Positions 46,559-58,100 of a stretch of DNA of 64,000 nucleotides are shown in pieces. How positions within the stretch are numbered: position 1 is the first letter of the stretch; each line of letters starts with the position of its first letter. This DNA is from a virus. Lineage: Duplodnaviria > Caudoviricetes. Below the pieces are notes generated by a model, which was given only the letters and a program-made list of their open reading frames with translations, had not been told where the DNA came from and searched no databases. The position numbers and the translations under genes were made by a program. The stretch covers positions 3,188-67,187 of the IMG/VR virus record IMGVR_UViG_3300042280_000089, one strand, 5' to 3'.

Positions 46559-47197
46559 ATGCCTGCAATCAATGAATTGACCACTGTATCCGCAACCGGT
46601 ACCGGTGTTTTTGATCAGCTGATGCAGGCTACCAAGCTGCATCTTGAACAGGAATATCGGGCAGGTCGGATCAAAGGGTCTGAGTACGCTCAGGTATACC
46701 TGGGAGCCTTGACAGCTGTCATGCAGCAGGCCGTCAGCTTCTTGCAGGTTCAGCAACAGGATGATCTGTTACAAGCTCAGCTGGAAAAACTGGCAGCAGA
46801 AAAAGCGCTGGTAGAAGCTCAACAAGCGAAATTAGCAGCTGATACAGCTTTGGTAGAAGCTCAGATCGCTAAGGTAGAGGCTGAGATGCCCAAGCTCGAT
46901 GCCGAGATTGCGGTATTGCAACAGCGTGCCCTGAACGAGGAAGCCCAGCGCAAAGACATCGTAGACGGTCTGCCTGTCGCAGGTGTCATCGGCAAACAGA
47001 AAGAACTCCACCAGGCTCAGATCGATGGCTTTACCCGTGATGCAGAACAAAAGCTGGCGAAGCTCATGGTAGACGTGTGGAGCGTTCAACGTACTACGGA
47101 TGAAGGTATCTCACCTGCAGGTGCAGGTATTGCGGATGCTGAAATCAAAAAGGTCGTGGACAAAGCCAAGCAGGGTATCGGTGTCACGCCGAGCTAA
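46559..47197 (+). CDS. N4 gp54-like virion protein
   Basis: GTGVFDQLM, RIKGSEYAQVY, GVIGKQKELH...FTRDAEQK. Confidence 0.85.
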   Translation: MPAINELTTVSATGTGVFDQLMQATKLHLEQEYRAGRIKGSEYAQVYLGALTAVMQQAVSFLQVQQQDDLLQAQLEKLAAEKALVEAQQAKLAADTALVEAQIAKVEAEMPKLDAEIAVLQQRALNEEAQRKDIVDGLPVAGVIGKQKELHQAQIDGFTRDAEQKLAKLMVDVWSVQRTTDEGISPAGAGIADAEIKKVVDKAKQGIGVTPS

Positions 47198-47211
47198 CAC
47201 AGATAAGGAGG

Positions 47212-47235
47212 AGGGGGCGTAAGCCCCCTTTTTTT
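47212..47235 (+). terminator. intrinsic terminator
   Basis: AGGGGGC/GCCCCCT plus T tract. Confidence 0.8.
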
Positions 47236-47240
47236 AATCT

Positions 47241-49793
47241 ATGGGATTATTCAGTAGTAAAAAGGTTGTCAGTGTTGCTGCCAACACTGCACGCCTGATC
47301 CAGGATATTCCGAACACGGTCAAGAACAGTACTGTGGAGGCTATCCTGAATGAGCAGGGTATCGTCAATACCATCCAGGTAAACCTGACCAGCGGCATCT
47401 CCAATAGGATGCGTGAGATCCAGCGCTATGGACGTGACTACTACACCTATGGTTTGCCGACTGGCAAATTGGAGATGTTCGGCATTCAACAGGACGCCGT
47501 TGAAAGCTATCTGGCATCGGCTGAAGGGGAATCTGTCACACTACTGGATGTAGATGTCGATACTGATATTGGTCAGTTGATGGTAGAGCAGTGGCTGGTT
47601 CAGACCTACAACTTCAACCCAATGACAGGATTACTGGAACAGTACCCCAGTGCAGTCGTGTCGGATATCAGCGCATGGAATGCTGCAGGGGAAGCTGCCA
47701 ATACAGATCAGGTCACTGTAAAAACAGATGAGCTGCTGACTGACTGGAACACCACTACGGTAACTGAAACGGTGGAAGGGGATGTCACCATTCGCACAAC
47801 CGTAACCCTGACAGCAACAGTTGACGTTACGACCGTATCGGATATCCAGAATCAGGTATTTCTGGGCGATCAAACACGTACCAGCGATCCAATTTACAGC
47901 ATCATTCGTCGGATTAGTTTTCGTTTAATCGACAACTACAAAGAAATCGATTACGAACTGGATCTGCATTGTTTCAACGAACAGACTTACACCAACACGT
48001 TCTCCGTCAATGTGCACCAACATGAGCTGGTGGAATCCATCACAGACAACGGAGACGGTTCATTTACTACGGTAACTGTATCGGACACTGAAACGGATTT
48101 TGTTCATCAGGAACAAACAACTCACACTGTCAGCAACAGCAAAACATACGCAATAAGTAAAACAGTCCAGTACACACCCGTATATCGCATAATTTATTAT
48201 GAGTACTCATTGCCATCATTTCGGGAAGCGTATGAAGTACACCCGCTTAAAATAGCACTGCTTTTTAAGAGAGCGGATGAATCATTTGGTTATCGGATCG
48301 TTGAATTTGATGATCACAGAAATGATTTTTTGCGTGAGATTAATGAAAACCTGAGTGGGTATTTTTATCCCATCGTGCCTGTTCGACGTAATAATACAGA
48401 CCTAACGGCAGATGATCAGGTGAATACTGAACGCTATCAAACCAGTCGCAAACTCTTAAAAAAGCTGACGTTGGACATTGATGAAATAGCCGATGCGATT
48501 AATCAGAACCCGAATGTAAAAGATATTGACCATGCGTATATCTATTTTGGTGTTCCTATCAATACGAACGATAAGGTGGTCAATAAGTACCTGTACCATT
48601 TTTTCAGTATCTTAGAGCATAAAGCAATTAACGCTGAAACTGAATTAACGTCAGGTGGCGCTATTGGATCCGCATTTAACAGCCATACAATCGATATAAG
48701 CGATGTAGGACTCAATCTGGAAGTTCGGTTTAATTCGATCAGTCGTGAAGTGGTATATGGCACGATTGGTAAAAAGGGAACTGTTCTCTACTCAGGCGTC
48801 GCACAGAAAAAACGTATCACGTACAAACCCATTTTAAGCAATAACGATTACACGCGGACACGCTATGTCGATGACTCTTACATCTCGCTGCAGTACCAAA
48901 TTACTGAGCACAGTTATGAAGTGCTGACCGTACACGGCTTGAAATTTGTTAACTGGGTATACGGCAATCATGCAGTAGAAGTGGAGTTATATGATGTCCT
49001 GACTGAAGCCACAGGACATGAGAACTTTCTGTTGCCGTTATATGAGCCTGCAGTTAAAGCACTGTCTTTAAAAGACAGGGATACGCTGCTGTACTACGCA
49101 CCCCATTTGATTTTGAACAGTTATGAAATCACCAAGGTCAAGTGGTATCAAAAAGGTTTCTTTGGGTTCTTGCTCAAAATAGCAGGCTTGATCATTGCCA
49201 TCTACGGGATCATAACTGCCAACCCACAGTTGGCCACAGGTGGTTTATCAGTGGCAACGATGGTGTGGATTATCCTGAAAAAGCTATTCATCAGTTTGAT
49301 TATTAACTTCACGATGAAGCTAGTGGTCAAAATCTTTGGTGAAGAAATTGCTTTGCTTCTAGCAATTGCTGCAGCTGCCTACGGGTTAAAAATTCAAAAC
49401 ACAGGATCAACTTGGTTTGATGTACCTAGTTCGGATTATTTTTTAGCAGCGAGCAGTGGGTTAGTTAATAAGGTCAATGACAGTATTCAATCCCAGATAG
49501 AAGACTTGGTAGACAGCGCAAATGCTTTCCAAAAACAAGCCAAAGAAAAAATGGATGCCTTGGCAGATGCCAATAAGCTACTGGATACCAATGGCGTTAT
49601 TGATCCTTTGATGTTTACCAGTCTGGATATTTACTATGACCCTACCGAAACCCCGCAAGAATATTACGAGCGCACTGTACACACAGGTAATCCGGGCGCA
49701 GTCGCCTACGATGTGCTGCACCGCTACGTAGACATGATGCTGGATCTCGATTTTGTTGAAAAACGATTAACCAACGGAGACATGTACGCATGA
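47241..49793 (+). CDS. N4 gp53-like tail protein
   Basis: MGLFSSKKVVSV N-terminus; YEITKVKWYQKGFF followed by a hydrophobic C-terminal region; gene order. Confidence 0.8.
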   Translation: MGLFSSKKVVSVAANTARLIQDIPNTVKNSTVEAILNEQGIVNTIQVNLTSGISNRMREIQRYGRDYYTYGLPTGKLEMFGIQQDAVESYLASAEGESVTLLDVDVDTDIGQLMVEQWLVQTYNFNPMTGLLEQYPSAVVSDISAWNAAGEAANTDQVTVKTDELLTDWNTTTVTETVEGDVTIRTTVTLTATVDVTTVSDIQNQVFLGDQTRTSDPIYSIIRRISFRLIDNYKEIDYELDLHCFNEQTYTNTFSVNVHQHELVESITDNGDGSFTTVTVSDTETDFVHQEQTTHTVSNSKTYAISKTVQYTPVYRIIYYEYSLPSFREAYEVHPLKIALLFKRADESFGYRIVEFDDHRNDFLREINENLSGYFYPIVPVRRNNTDLTADDQVNTERYQTSRKLLKKLTLDIDEIADAINQNPNVKDIDHAYIYFGVPINTNDKVVNKYLYHFFSILEHKAINAETELTSGGAIGSAFNSHTIDISDVGLNLEVRFNSISREVVYGTIGKKGTVLYSGVAQKKRITYKPILSNNDYTRTRYVDDSYISLQYQITEHSYEVLTVHGLKFVNWVYGNHAVEVELYDVLTEATGHENFLLPLYEPAVKALSLKDRDTLLYYAPHLILNSYEITKVKWYQKGFFGFLLKIAGLIIAIYGIITANPQLATGGLSVATMVWIILKKLFISLIINFTMKLVVKIFGEEIALLLAIAAAAYGLKIQNTGSTWFDVPSSDYFLAASSGLVNKVNDSIQSQIEDLVDSANAFQKQAKEKMDALADANKLLDTNGVIDPLMFTSLDIYYDPTETPQEYYERTVHTGNPGAVAYDVLHRYVDMMLDLDFVEKRLTNGDMYA

Positions 49794-50308
49794 GTAATTA
49801 TCTCTCCAACCCTGTTAATGCAGCAGTCGCCAATGACTACTACAGCTCATTGAGTCAGTGGGGGCAGCCGACGCCTGCAGTGAATACTCCGGTAGTACCC
49901 ATTGTTGTTCCTAACACTACCACCGTACCGGTGGATGCCGGGTTATGGTCAGGATTCTCTAACGCTTTATCTGGTGTAGGAGGCACTGTCAAAAATGTAC
50001 TGGGCATGGGATCGGATGAAGACTTCGCAAAGCTGTGGGGCGGTAAAGTAGGTGACAACACCTACAACGGGATTCTGAGTACCGGATTGCAGCTGGGCAC
50101 TGGTTTATGGAATGCCTGGAATGGTATGCAGCAACTGGATCTGGCACGGGATCAGTTTGCCTTCCAGAAAGATGCGTTCAACAAGCAGTACGAAAACCAG
50201 CGCACACTGACCAATGCCCGGTTACGGGATCGTCAGAATGCGCGTCTGGGTGCAAACCCGAATGGGTACCAGAGCACTGCTGACTACATGAAGCAGAATG
50301 GAGTGTAA
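49790..50308 (+). CDS. N4 gp52-like ejection protein
   Basis: Cys-free; LARDQFAFQK...RLRDRQNAR. Confidence 0.8.
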   Translation: MSNYLSNPVNAAVANDYYSSLSQWGQPTPAVNTPVVPIVVPNTTTVPVDAGLWSGFSNALSGVGGTVKNVLGMGSDEDFAKLWGGKVGDNTYNGILSTGLQLGTGLWNAWNGMQQLDLARDQFAFQKDAFNKQYENQRTLTNARLRDRQNARLGANPNGYQSTADYMKQNGV

Positions 50309-50310
50309 CA

Positions 50311-51768
50311 ATGGCTACACCTATTACCTGGCAGAACATTAATGCCCCGTCCTTCTCCGGTGTCGGGGCAACGGCTGCGTCCGGCGCCGATATGCTGAAC
50401 CGAGGTTTGCGGCAGCTGAACCAGCTGGCTCAACAGCAGAAGCAAACCAGCATTGCGAACTGGGATGCAGGCAAGCAATCTAATACGGACGACCTGTTGC
50501 TGAAGATTGCACAGACCCATAACATGGATCAATACAACGCTTTACAATCACAGGTACCGGATCTGCTGAAGCAGTACGGTTCTCAGGTGGATCGTAAAGC
50601 TGTAATGGATGCCCTGATGAATCGGGACAACCAGATCCGTGATGACTTTACCAGTACGGTCAACTATCAGAATCTGAAGACCACTGAAGCGGAAAAACCG
50701 TTTGCCGGAGAAGTGATGGGCCTTGCCATGACAGACCCTACTGCGGCTGGTAAACTACTCGCCCGTTTTGAACAAGAAGGTAACATTGGCGCTGACGGAG
50801 CTGCCAAGCTCCGGCAAGCCATTCGGGACTCTCAGTTCAAACTGACTGATCAGCGTATGCAGGAAGGTCGCTATGCGATGGATCAGGATACATTCCAGCG
50901 GAACAAGACGGATTACCTGGAACGTAAGGCAGTGGAAGAACAGCAACGAACCCTGAACGATCTGATCTCTCAACGGATCAATACAGGTGATTCACTGTCA
51001 GATTCCCTCTTTGGTTTACAGGATGCGGTTGCCGAGTACAACCGGAACAATCCGAATGCGCCGCTGCGTGCCGATCTGGTTGAAAAAGCCTATGCTGATT
51101 TACGTGCGCAACACGGTAAGCGATTCGGACTGACCCCGGAACAGCAGGCCAACATGGAACGAGATTTGGGTGATATTCAATCCTGGGGCGAATCGCAGAT
51201 TGCTGCGGTGGACAAAGAAATCGCTAAACTGGATGAGTGGCGTAACAGTAAGGTACCGGAAGTAGCTCGATTGTATAACCCGGCAGTAAGTGAAGGCGAA
51301 GTCATGATGCAGATCATGGAGGATATCAACACACGCCTTGACCCGGATAAGGAAGTGGGTAGTGATGAAGTCGCCATTGCTGTAAAGAATATTAAAAAGG
51401 CTTTTAAGGATGTCCTTGAAGAGAGTGGTCACAAACTGCCTGAAGGAGAGCAGGGGATTCCTACTTGGTTAATTCGAGAAATCATCCGCCGAAATGGGGT
51501 AGATACTGAATTCTTTAAGTTTGATGAAAATGATCTTGATATTAATAAGTCTGCCGCTAGGAAAATCCTCACTGAATCCGGTTTGATGGATGACTTCCTG
51601 AAATGGCGCGAAGTTGAACGGGATTACCGTACTGCTTTATTTGAGCAAGAAGCCAAGAAACTAGAAATTGCAGCACAAACAAAACAAGCCGCCAGAGAAG
51701 CGGAAAAAGCCTGGTTGGCCGCTAACCGACTGCGGCAAGCTGCAAGGAGTTCACAACAGAATCCATAA
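50311..51768 (+). CDS. N4 gp51-like ejection protein
   Basis: MATPITWQNINAP N-terminus; Cys-free; lies before vRNAP. Confidence 0.75.
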   Translation: MATPITWQNINAPSFSGVGATAASGADMLNRGLRQLNQLAQQQKQTSIANWDAGKQSNTDDLLLKIAQTHNMDQYNALQSQVPDLLKQYGSQVDRKAVMDALMNRDNQIRDDFTSTVNYQNLKTTEAEKPFAGEVMGLAMTDPTAAGKLLARFEQEGNIGADGAAKLRQAIRDSQFKLTDQRMQEGRYAMDQDTFQRNKTDYLERKAVEEQQRTLNDLISQRINTGDSLSDSLFGLQDAVAEYNRNNPNAPLRADLVEKAYADLRAQHGKRFGLTPEQQANMERDLGDIQSWGESQIAAVDKEIAKLDEWRNSKVPEVARLYNPAVSEGEVMMQIMEDINTRLDPDKEVGSDEVAIAVKNIKKAFKDVLEESGHKLPEGEQGIPTWLIREIIRRNGVDTEFFKFDENDLDINKSAARKILTESGLMDDFLKWREVERDYRTALFEQEAKKLEIAAQTKQAAREAEKAWLAANRLRQAARSSQQNP

Positions 51769-51772
51769 GGAA

Positions 51773-51795
51773 AGGGGGCTTAGCCCCCTGTTTTT
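51773..51795 (+). terminator. intrinsic terminator
   Basis: AGGGGGCT/AGCCCCCT plus T tract. Confidence 0.75.
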
Positions 51796-51806
51796 ATAAG
51801 GAGTGC

Positions 51807-52064
51807 ATGATGCAACGAAAGACACAATTACTGGTAAAAGGATTTATCGCGGTCTACGTGATATCCATTGTTGGATTTATAGCCTTCGATACCATCAGAG
51901 GTTATCACCCAGGCTGGATTAGTTTATGGGAAAGTTTTATAAGTACACTTAACGAAGAAACTTTACTGGGAATAATTGTCTTAGAACCACTGGCGTTTAT
52001 CTGTTTACTGTTGGGTATGGTGTACGTCCCTCGCTTTATCCGCTGGGTCGATAAGCGGATATAA
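51807..52064 (+). CDS. small membrane protein inserted before vRNAP
   Basis: 85 aa with two hydrophobic segments; SD AGGAG; AT-rich. Confidence 0.65.
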   Translation: MMQRKTQLLVKGFIAVYVISIVGFIAFDTIRGYHPGWISLWESFISTLNEETLLGIIVLEPLAFICLLLGMVYVPRFIRWVDKRI

Positions 52065-52146
52065 ACCAAGCACGCATCCTGTTGCTGTTTGATAATACGG
52101 GCGGTGATACACTGCTCCGATTATTGAGTAGCAACAGGACTCGCGT

Positions 52147-55100
52147 ATGTGGCCATTTGAAGAAACCCCTTACTCTATTCAAAACATTCGTGATAAACAC
52201 GAAAAACTCCGGCAAGCCTCCGAAGCCAAGCGCAAATTACTAAGCTCACTGACCCCTTTGTCGGATACTCAAAAAGCCGAGATTTTCACTGCACCTGAAG
52301 ATCCCGCATCGGTATATCTACCGGAAGATCGTGCAAGCGCACAATTGGATGCAGCGCTACGGGCAGGTCTGGACAAGATTCAGCAGCAGAACCAGGAAAA
52401 CTGGCGTCAGTGGCATGAACAAGGTTCTCTTACTGGATATGTCAAAAACACTGCCGCGCAGGTCGCTGACAAAGTATCTAATATAGCTATTGCACCTGTG
52501 ACGGTTCCGACAGCAATAGCGGGCATGGGCATGATCGGTCAGGTTGATCAGGCTGCACGCGATGCCTACTTTGGTTTGAAGCAGGTCGCTGAAGGTAAGC
52601 ATGCCAGTGCACGTTCACGCGCGGAACTGGATGCAGCACTGCTGAAAGGGGTGATTACCCCGGAAGAACACCAGCAAGCCCTGGCTGCAGTGAATGCCTA
52701 TGAAGGCAACCTGAAGGTACCTGAAGACCTGTCTGCACTGCAGAAGCCGACGCCTCTTCTTCCGTTTGGTTCTCGCCTGAGTGATATGCTGGATCTGGGT
52801 ATCAAGGTCGATGGCTTCAATCGCCCGACGCAGGGTAAAACCTTGCAGCGGGGCGAGAAGCTGATAGACATCTCTAGCACGGTATACAAGGCACAGGAAG
52901 ACACCATCGGCAAGGTAGTTGACGATACCCGTGTCAACAAGCTGGCAGGCGATGTATACGACGCGTTCAAAGGTACATCTGATAAGTCTGTTCTGGAAGC
53001 CATTGCAGATAACAAGACCGGTGCGGCTGACATCGTGACAGAAGCTGCTGCCGAGATCGCCATGTTCCTGTCGTCAGGTGGCCTGAGTGCATTAGGTAAA
53101 GTAGGACGAGTAGTAGGCACACTGGCCCAAGCCAGTGTGGTAGGGGAATCTGCTACTGAAGCCTCTGCCCAGGTACTGGAAGGGATGCAGGAAATCCTGC
53201 AACGCGATGGCACCATTACCGCCGATCAGATTGCGGGCTTAATTGCAGGTGGTGCAGCGTATGCCGGTCTGGATTACGCCGAAGTTGGTGTGTTGGCCAA
53301 TGCCCTGAAAAAGAACACGCCGCTGCTGAAAGCCCTTCAGAAACAAGACGGTGACGGTCGGCTGGTACGAATCGCCAAAGACACGTTGAACCGCACCGGT
53401 GCAGTAACGGCTGTCGGTGCTAAGGAAGGACTCGTCGGTGGTGCACAGGGTGGTCTGGAAGAAACTGTACTGAAGGATAACTACGACCTGGATCAGGTGG
53501 ACATGGCCAAGGTGGCCACAGATGCTGTACTGGAAACCATCGGCGCCACCGGTGTCAGCGGTACCAAAGAAGGTCTTGGTTTAACGCGGGATACAGCAAA
53601 AAATCTGTTGATGCGGAGCCAGGACAGCCAACAATCTGGGGCAGATAATACAAATACCCTGGAATCTTCTATGGAGATTGACAAAGAACATCCGCTGTCT
53701 AAAATCCGCGACGCTGTTTTGCAGCCGGAGCTGAGTAGTACCGATAAAGAGAAGTTCCAGAAAGATGCTTTTAAGACACTTAGTGAAATGTTCGACCAGC
53801 AGGATGCGCTTGTTAAGCGGTATGAAAGCCTGCAGGGAAGCACTGAACCGTCGGCTCAGCAGGAAGCTGTCAACATTGATCAGCAGATCAAAGCCATCAA
53901 TGAGCAAATTCGAGCAGCACAAAAGCTGCTTGACGAAATTGTCGTTGCCACAGCAGACACTGAAGTAGAGAAAGCTGCAGAGAAACTGGCAACGCAAGAT
54001 ACTGACGCGGAAACAGCACAGGTTGAAGCGATGCGGTTGATTACCGCCGCAAGCCGTGATCCGAACAGTATCAGCACAGATGCACTCAATAAGATCCTCT
54101 CCAGCGCAGCGCTGACACCGGCACAGCGTACATACTTTGAAGCCTTTGCCGCTGCCCGTGAGTCCGTACAAGACGTTGAAGAACTGAATGGGGTAGGCCG
54201 TACCACTAACGATGTAATCTACGGCAACCCGGAGTTGGGCTGGAAAGGTATCAAGCAGTATCGTCGTGAGCTGGCGAGCCATTTGGCTGCCGGTAACGAA
54301 GTAGGTACCAAACGTACCTTACAGCAGCTGTCTCGCTTTGCTGAACACCAGTCTCAGAAGGCACAGGATTTCCGAACAGCGTTTGAAGCCATCAAAGAAA
54401 TGAAGCTCAAACGCGGTGAGTTATCACCTGAGCGCCGTGAACAGCTGCGTGCTGCTGTTAAGCAGGTCAGCGAGAACTACACCCAGCAGGACGGTAAGCC
54501 GTATCGCTTTACAGCACGCACCCCGGAATCGTTGGTAACAGCCGTTGAAGCTGAGGCGCAGGCACTGAACAACCTGTTGGTTGAATCTCAGGCACAACAG
54601 CAGCTGATGAAGAGTATGGCGTCAGCGTCTGAACAAGCCAAGGCTGTTCGTGAGGAGGTTTCTCCCATTGAACCTGAGCAAACAACTGAAAGGGTAGATG
54701 TCACACAGACAGCAGCGAACGCACGTCCGGCCCCGGTGAATACTGCTACGGCTAAAAAGGCACCTGTATCCGCACGACAGACCGATTCCGTTACACCTGC
54801 TACTGAGGCAAGCGTAATGGAAGGGACAGCTGCGCCTGCAGAAAATGCACAGACTGCTGTTTCGAACGAACCGGCACCGATTACACAACAGACCGAACAG
54901 GTACAGCAGACTACACAGACTCAGGAGCAACAGGCAGATTCACCCGTTGATTCTGATGAGGTAGATCAGGCAACAGATACTGATATAGCACCGGATACGC
55001 AGGAAGAAGGCGATGAACCCAAAAAGAAAGCATGGACAGATAGTCTGTTCACGGGTTTCTCAGAACGTATTCGTGGCTTTTTCTCTTCCAAACAAGAGAC

Positions 55101-58100
55101 GCAGAACCTGTTAGCTGCCGATCCAGACTTCATGCGTAAGCTCCGGGAAGACGACTGGTCGTCCATTGAAGAGCGGTTAGGAGAACCGCTGTCTGCGCGA
55201 CAGAAAGAAGCCCTGAAGGGTTTTGTCGAGTTCCACGACCGTGTGGTGGACTTCCTGACCCAGCACCTGAAGGAGGCGCCTGAGAAGCAATCTGACAGCA
55301 TTAAGCAGTCATTCTCTACCCGGTTACTGCGCAACCCGAACAACCCGGCAGAACTGAATGATGCGGCAGTGGCAGCACTGTCTTTGAGCATGTTCACCTG
55401 GTTGGGTACCCAAGCCAGTGGCACGATCTATAACAATGACCGCACGATCAACCACCTGATCGGGCGCCGGGGCAGTGCGCCTGTTCCGAATACCTTGCGT
55501 GAGCTAATGATTGATGCCGGTACAGGGGCTAACACACTGGCTGAAAATCTGGGGCGACAGGCACGACAGCTGCTGGGCATTCAGGCCACAACCCATGCAC
55601 CGGAAAACGCCATGAAATGGCTGGAAGCGGATCTGGGTAACGTCGCCATTCTGGTACTGCGCGACCCATCATTCGGTGCACTGACATACAGTCAGATCGC
55701 TCCGCGCACCATACTGGATACCCTGCCGGAAAATCAGCAGCGACAGATGAAACTGAAAGCCAACATGGCTCCGCTGAGTTTCTATCGTGCGGCTACCGTA
55801 CGTGAACATGTAGAAGGTACTGATGTACTGGCTGAGCGTCCGGCACCGATTATCCGATCAGCCAGTGAACTGCTGAGCGGTACCGATAATCTGATGTCAC
55901 GGGTTTTCGGGGAAGACCTGAACGCCAAAGAACCCAGCTTCCACGATCAGGTACCCATTACCCGCACCATGCGGGGGACACGCCAGAAGCTGAGTGAAGC
56001 CGTTCGTAAGAAACTGGGTCGTGCACAGCGTGTGAAGTGGGAAATCAAAGATCAGGTTGTGACCGATCTGGATCGCCTGTCAACCGATACCCAGCTGGCC
56101 CTGTTTGGATATAAGCCGGGTGCAGAAAACCACGTCATGCGTGACCGTCAGAAGAGTGTGAAGGCTCAAAACGAGGCAGCGGTACGCAGCTATGAGCATT
56201 TCAAGCGCTTGAAAGAACAGGTGCAGGAGCGACTGGAAGCGGGTAAAGCAGCCACATTCCATTTCAGCTACTTTGTGGCGCGCCAGATGCGTACCCACAT
56301 GGACAGCAACACCGTCAACCCGCAAGCCGACAAGAATCACCGTTTCCTGGTACGGCAGCAGAAGTGGGTGACTGAGATCGATCCGAACAACAGCGAGCAG
56401 GTTGATCGCTTCATGCTGGCATTAGCAGAAGGATTAGATCTGGATCGTGACAAGCACATGGAAGAGCGAACGCTGAAAGCGGTTGCTCAGCGCTTGTCAG
56501 AAGCCGATGCCAAGAAAGCGATTAAAGCCCTGCAGCAGTTACGTCAAAAAGCGGATCTGCCCGCCGAGATGCGACAGGCGTATGAGTTAGCGATTCAGCA
56601 GTTCGTGCTCAACGCAGGTACCGGTATGCACGCATTCGATGTCTTGGTTCAGCATGTGAATTATCTGGAAGCCAAGGATAGCGGACAGACTTTCACAGCG
56701 GATGTCATGCCGGAAGTAGACGGTGTAACCAATGGCCCGATCATTGGCCTGATCCAGTTTGCAGGTGCAGCGACGGCTGAAAGACTCAAGCAGATGCTGG
56801 GTAAAGGTGGTATCTACTTCGATGGTCGTCAGAATCTGGCTGAGTGGAAACTGGATCCGAATAACTTGGATGCGTATCAGGAAACCAGTAACGGGCTGAT
56901 GCACGCATTGCAGGCATCACTGGGTTCCCTGAAGGCCGAAGACCCCGGAGAGTACACACGCCTGAAGCAGGCACTGAAATACTTTGGCTCCAACATCGTG
57001 CTGAAAGACGACGGTACGATTGAAGTCGCCCGTAAGATGGGTAAGCAGCCCACCATGATTACGGTATACGGTGCCGGAGACGGTGCTACTAAGTCCGATA
57101 CAGTCGAAGCCTTCTTGGAAGGTGTTCGTGATGCACTGGAAGGTGCGTACAAAGCAGGTGATGTCCGCCAAGCCAACAGCATCATCCACGACTTCAACAT
57201 GATTGCAGGTGCTCGTGTACTCAAGCCAGTCAAGGCAGTCGAGCAGATTCTTGATCAGTCTGTACGCAGTACCGGTGCGATCGATCAGTTGGTCGGTGAG
57301 TACGTAGGTGGTGCGATGCTGAAAGCGGTAGGCCAGAACTACGGTATGTTCCGAACGCACCGTGCTCACTTCAACGCGCTGTTGCAGGTGGTGAATACGG
57401 TTTATGTACATGAGTACCAGAAGGCGTATCGAGTACGCCAGGAAGAGCTGATCGAAGAAGGCACCTTGCAGCCGGGTGAATTGCTGCCACGCACTGAAGC
57501 ACGCGCCATCGAAAAGCAGCTGCAGAATCTGATGCCGCTGGTTCATACCCTGTACTCGAAAGAAACAGACTCGCTGGATGAAGCCCTGTTTGTCGGACGC
57601 TACACCACCGAACGGATGTACGGTGAAGGATCCGTCGGCACTGGCTTAAAGACCAAGCAAGCGGTACCGGTACACAAGGGTATTGTGAAAACCCGTAAAG
57701 ACCCGAAGACCGGACAGCAGCGGATCAGGATTATTCCTGCTTCTGAGGCGTCTGTATACGAGCTGAACACCAACACCACCACGATTGCACGCGAAATCCC
57801 TGATCCTGAACTGGGTGTCGGTGCAGCCATTCTGGGCATCCATAGCCTCGATGCGTATGTGGCAATGGAAATGCTGGGTAACGCCAACGTGCTGAGTGTG
57901 TTCGACGGCTTTGGCTTTGCGATGGGTCAAGAAGTTGATGGTGCCAAGCAGCTGAACCGTCATTTCCATCATGCCATGCAGACATACAGCCTGATGGACG
58001 AGGCAAATGCCACATTCCAGCGTGTACTGGAACACCTGAAAGACAATGTGGCCGCTGACTCCAAGGAACTCAGGGAGCTGCAGAAGAAAATTGCCAGCGC

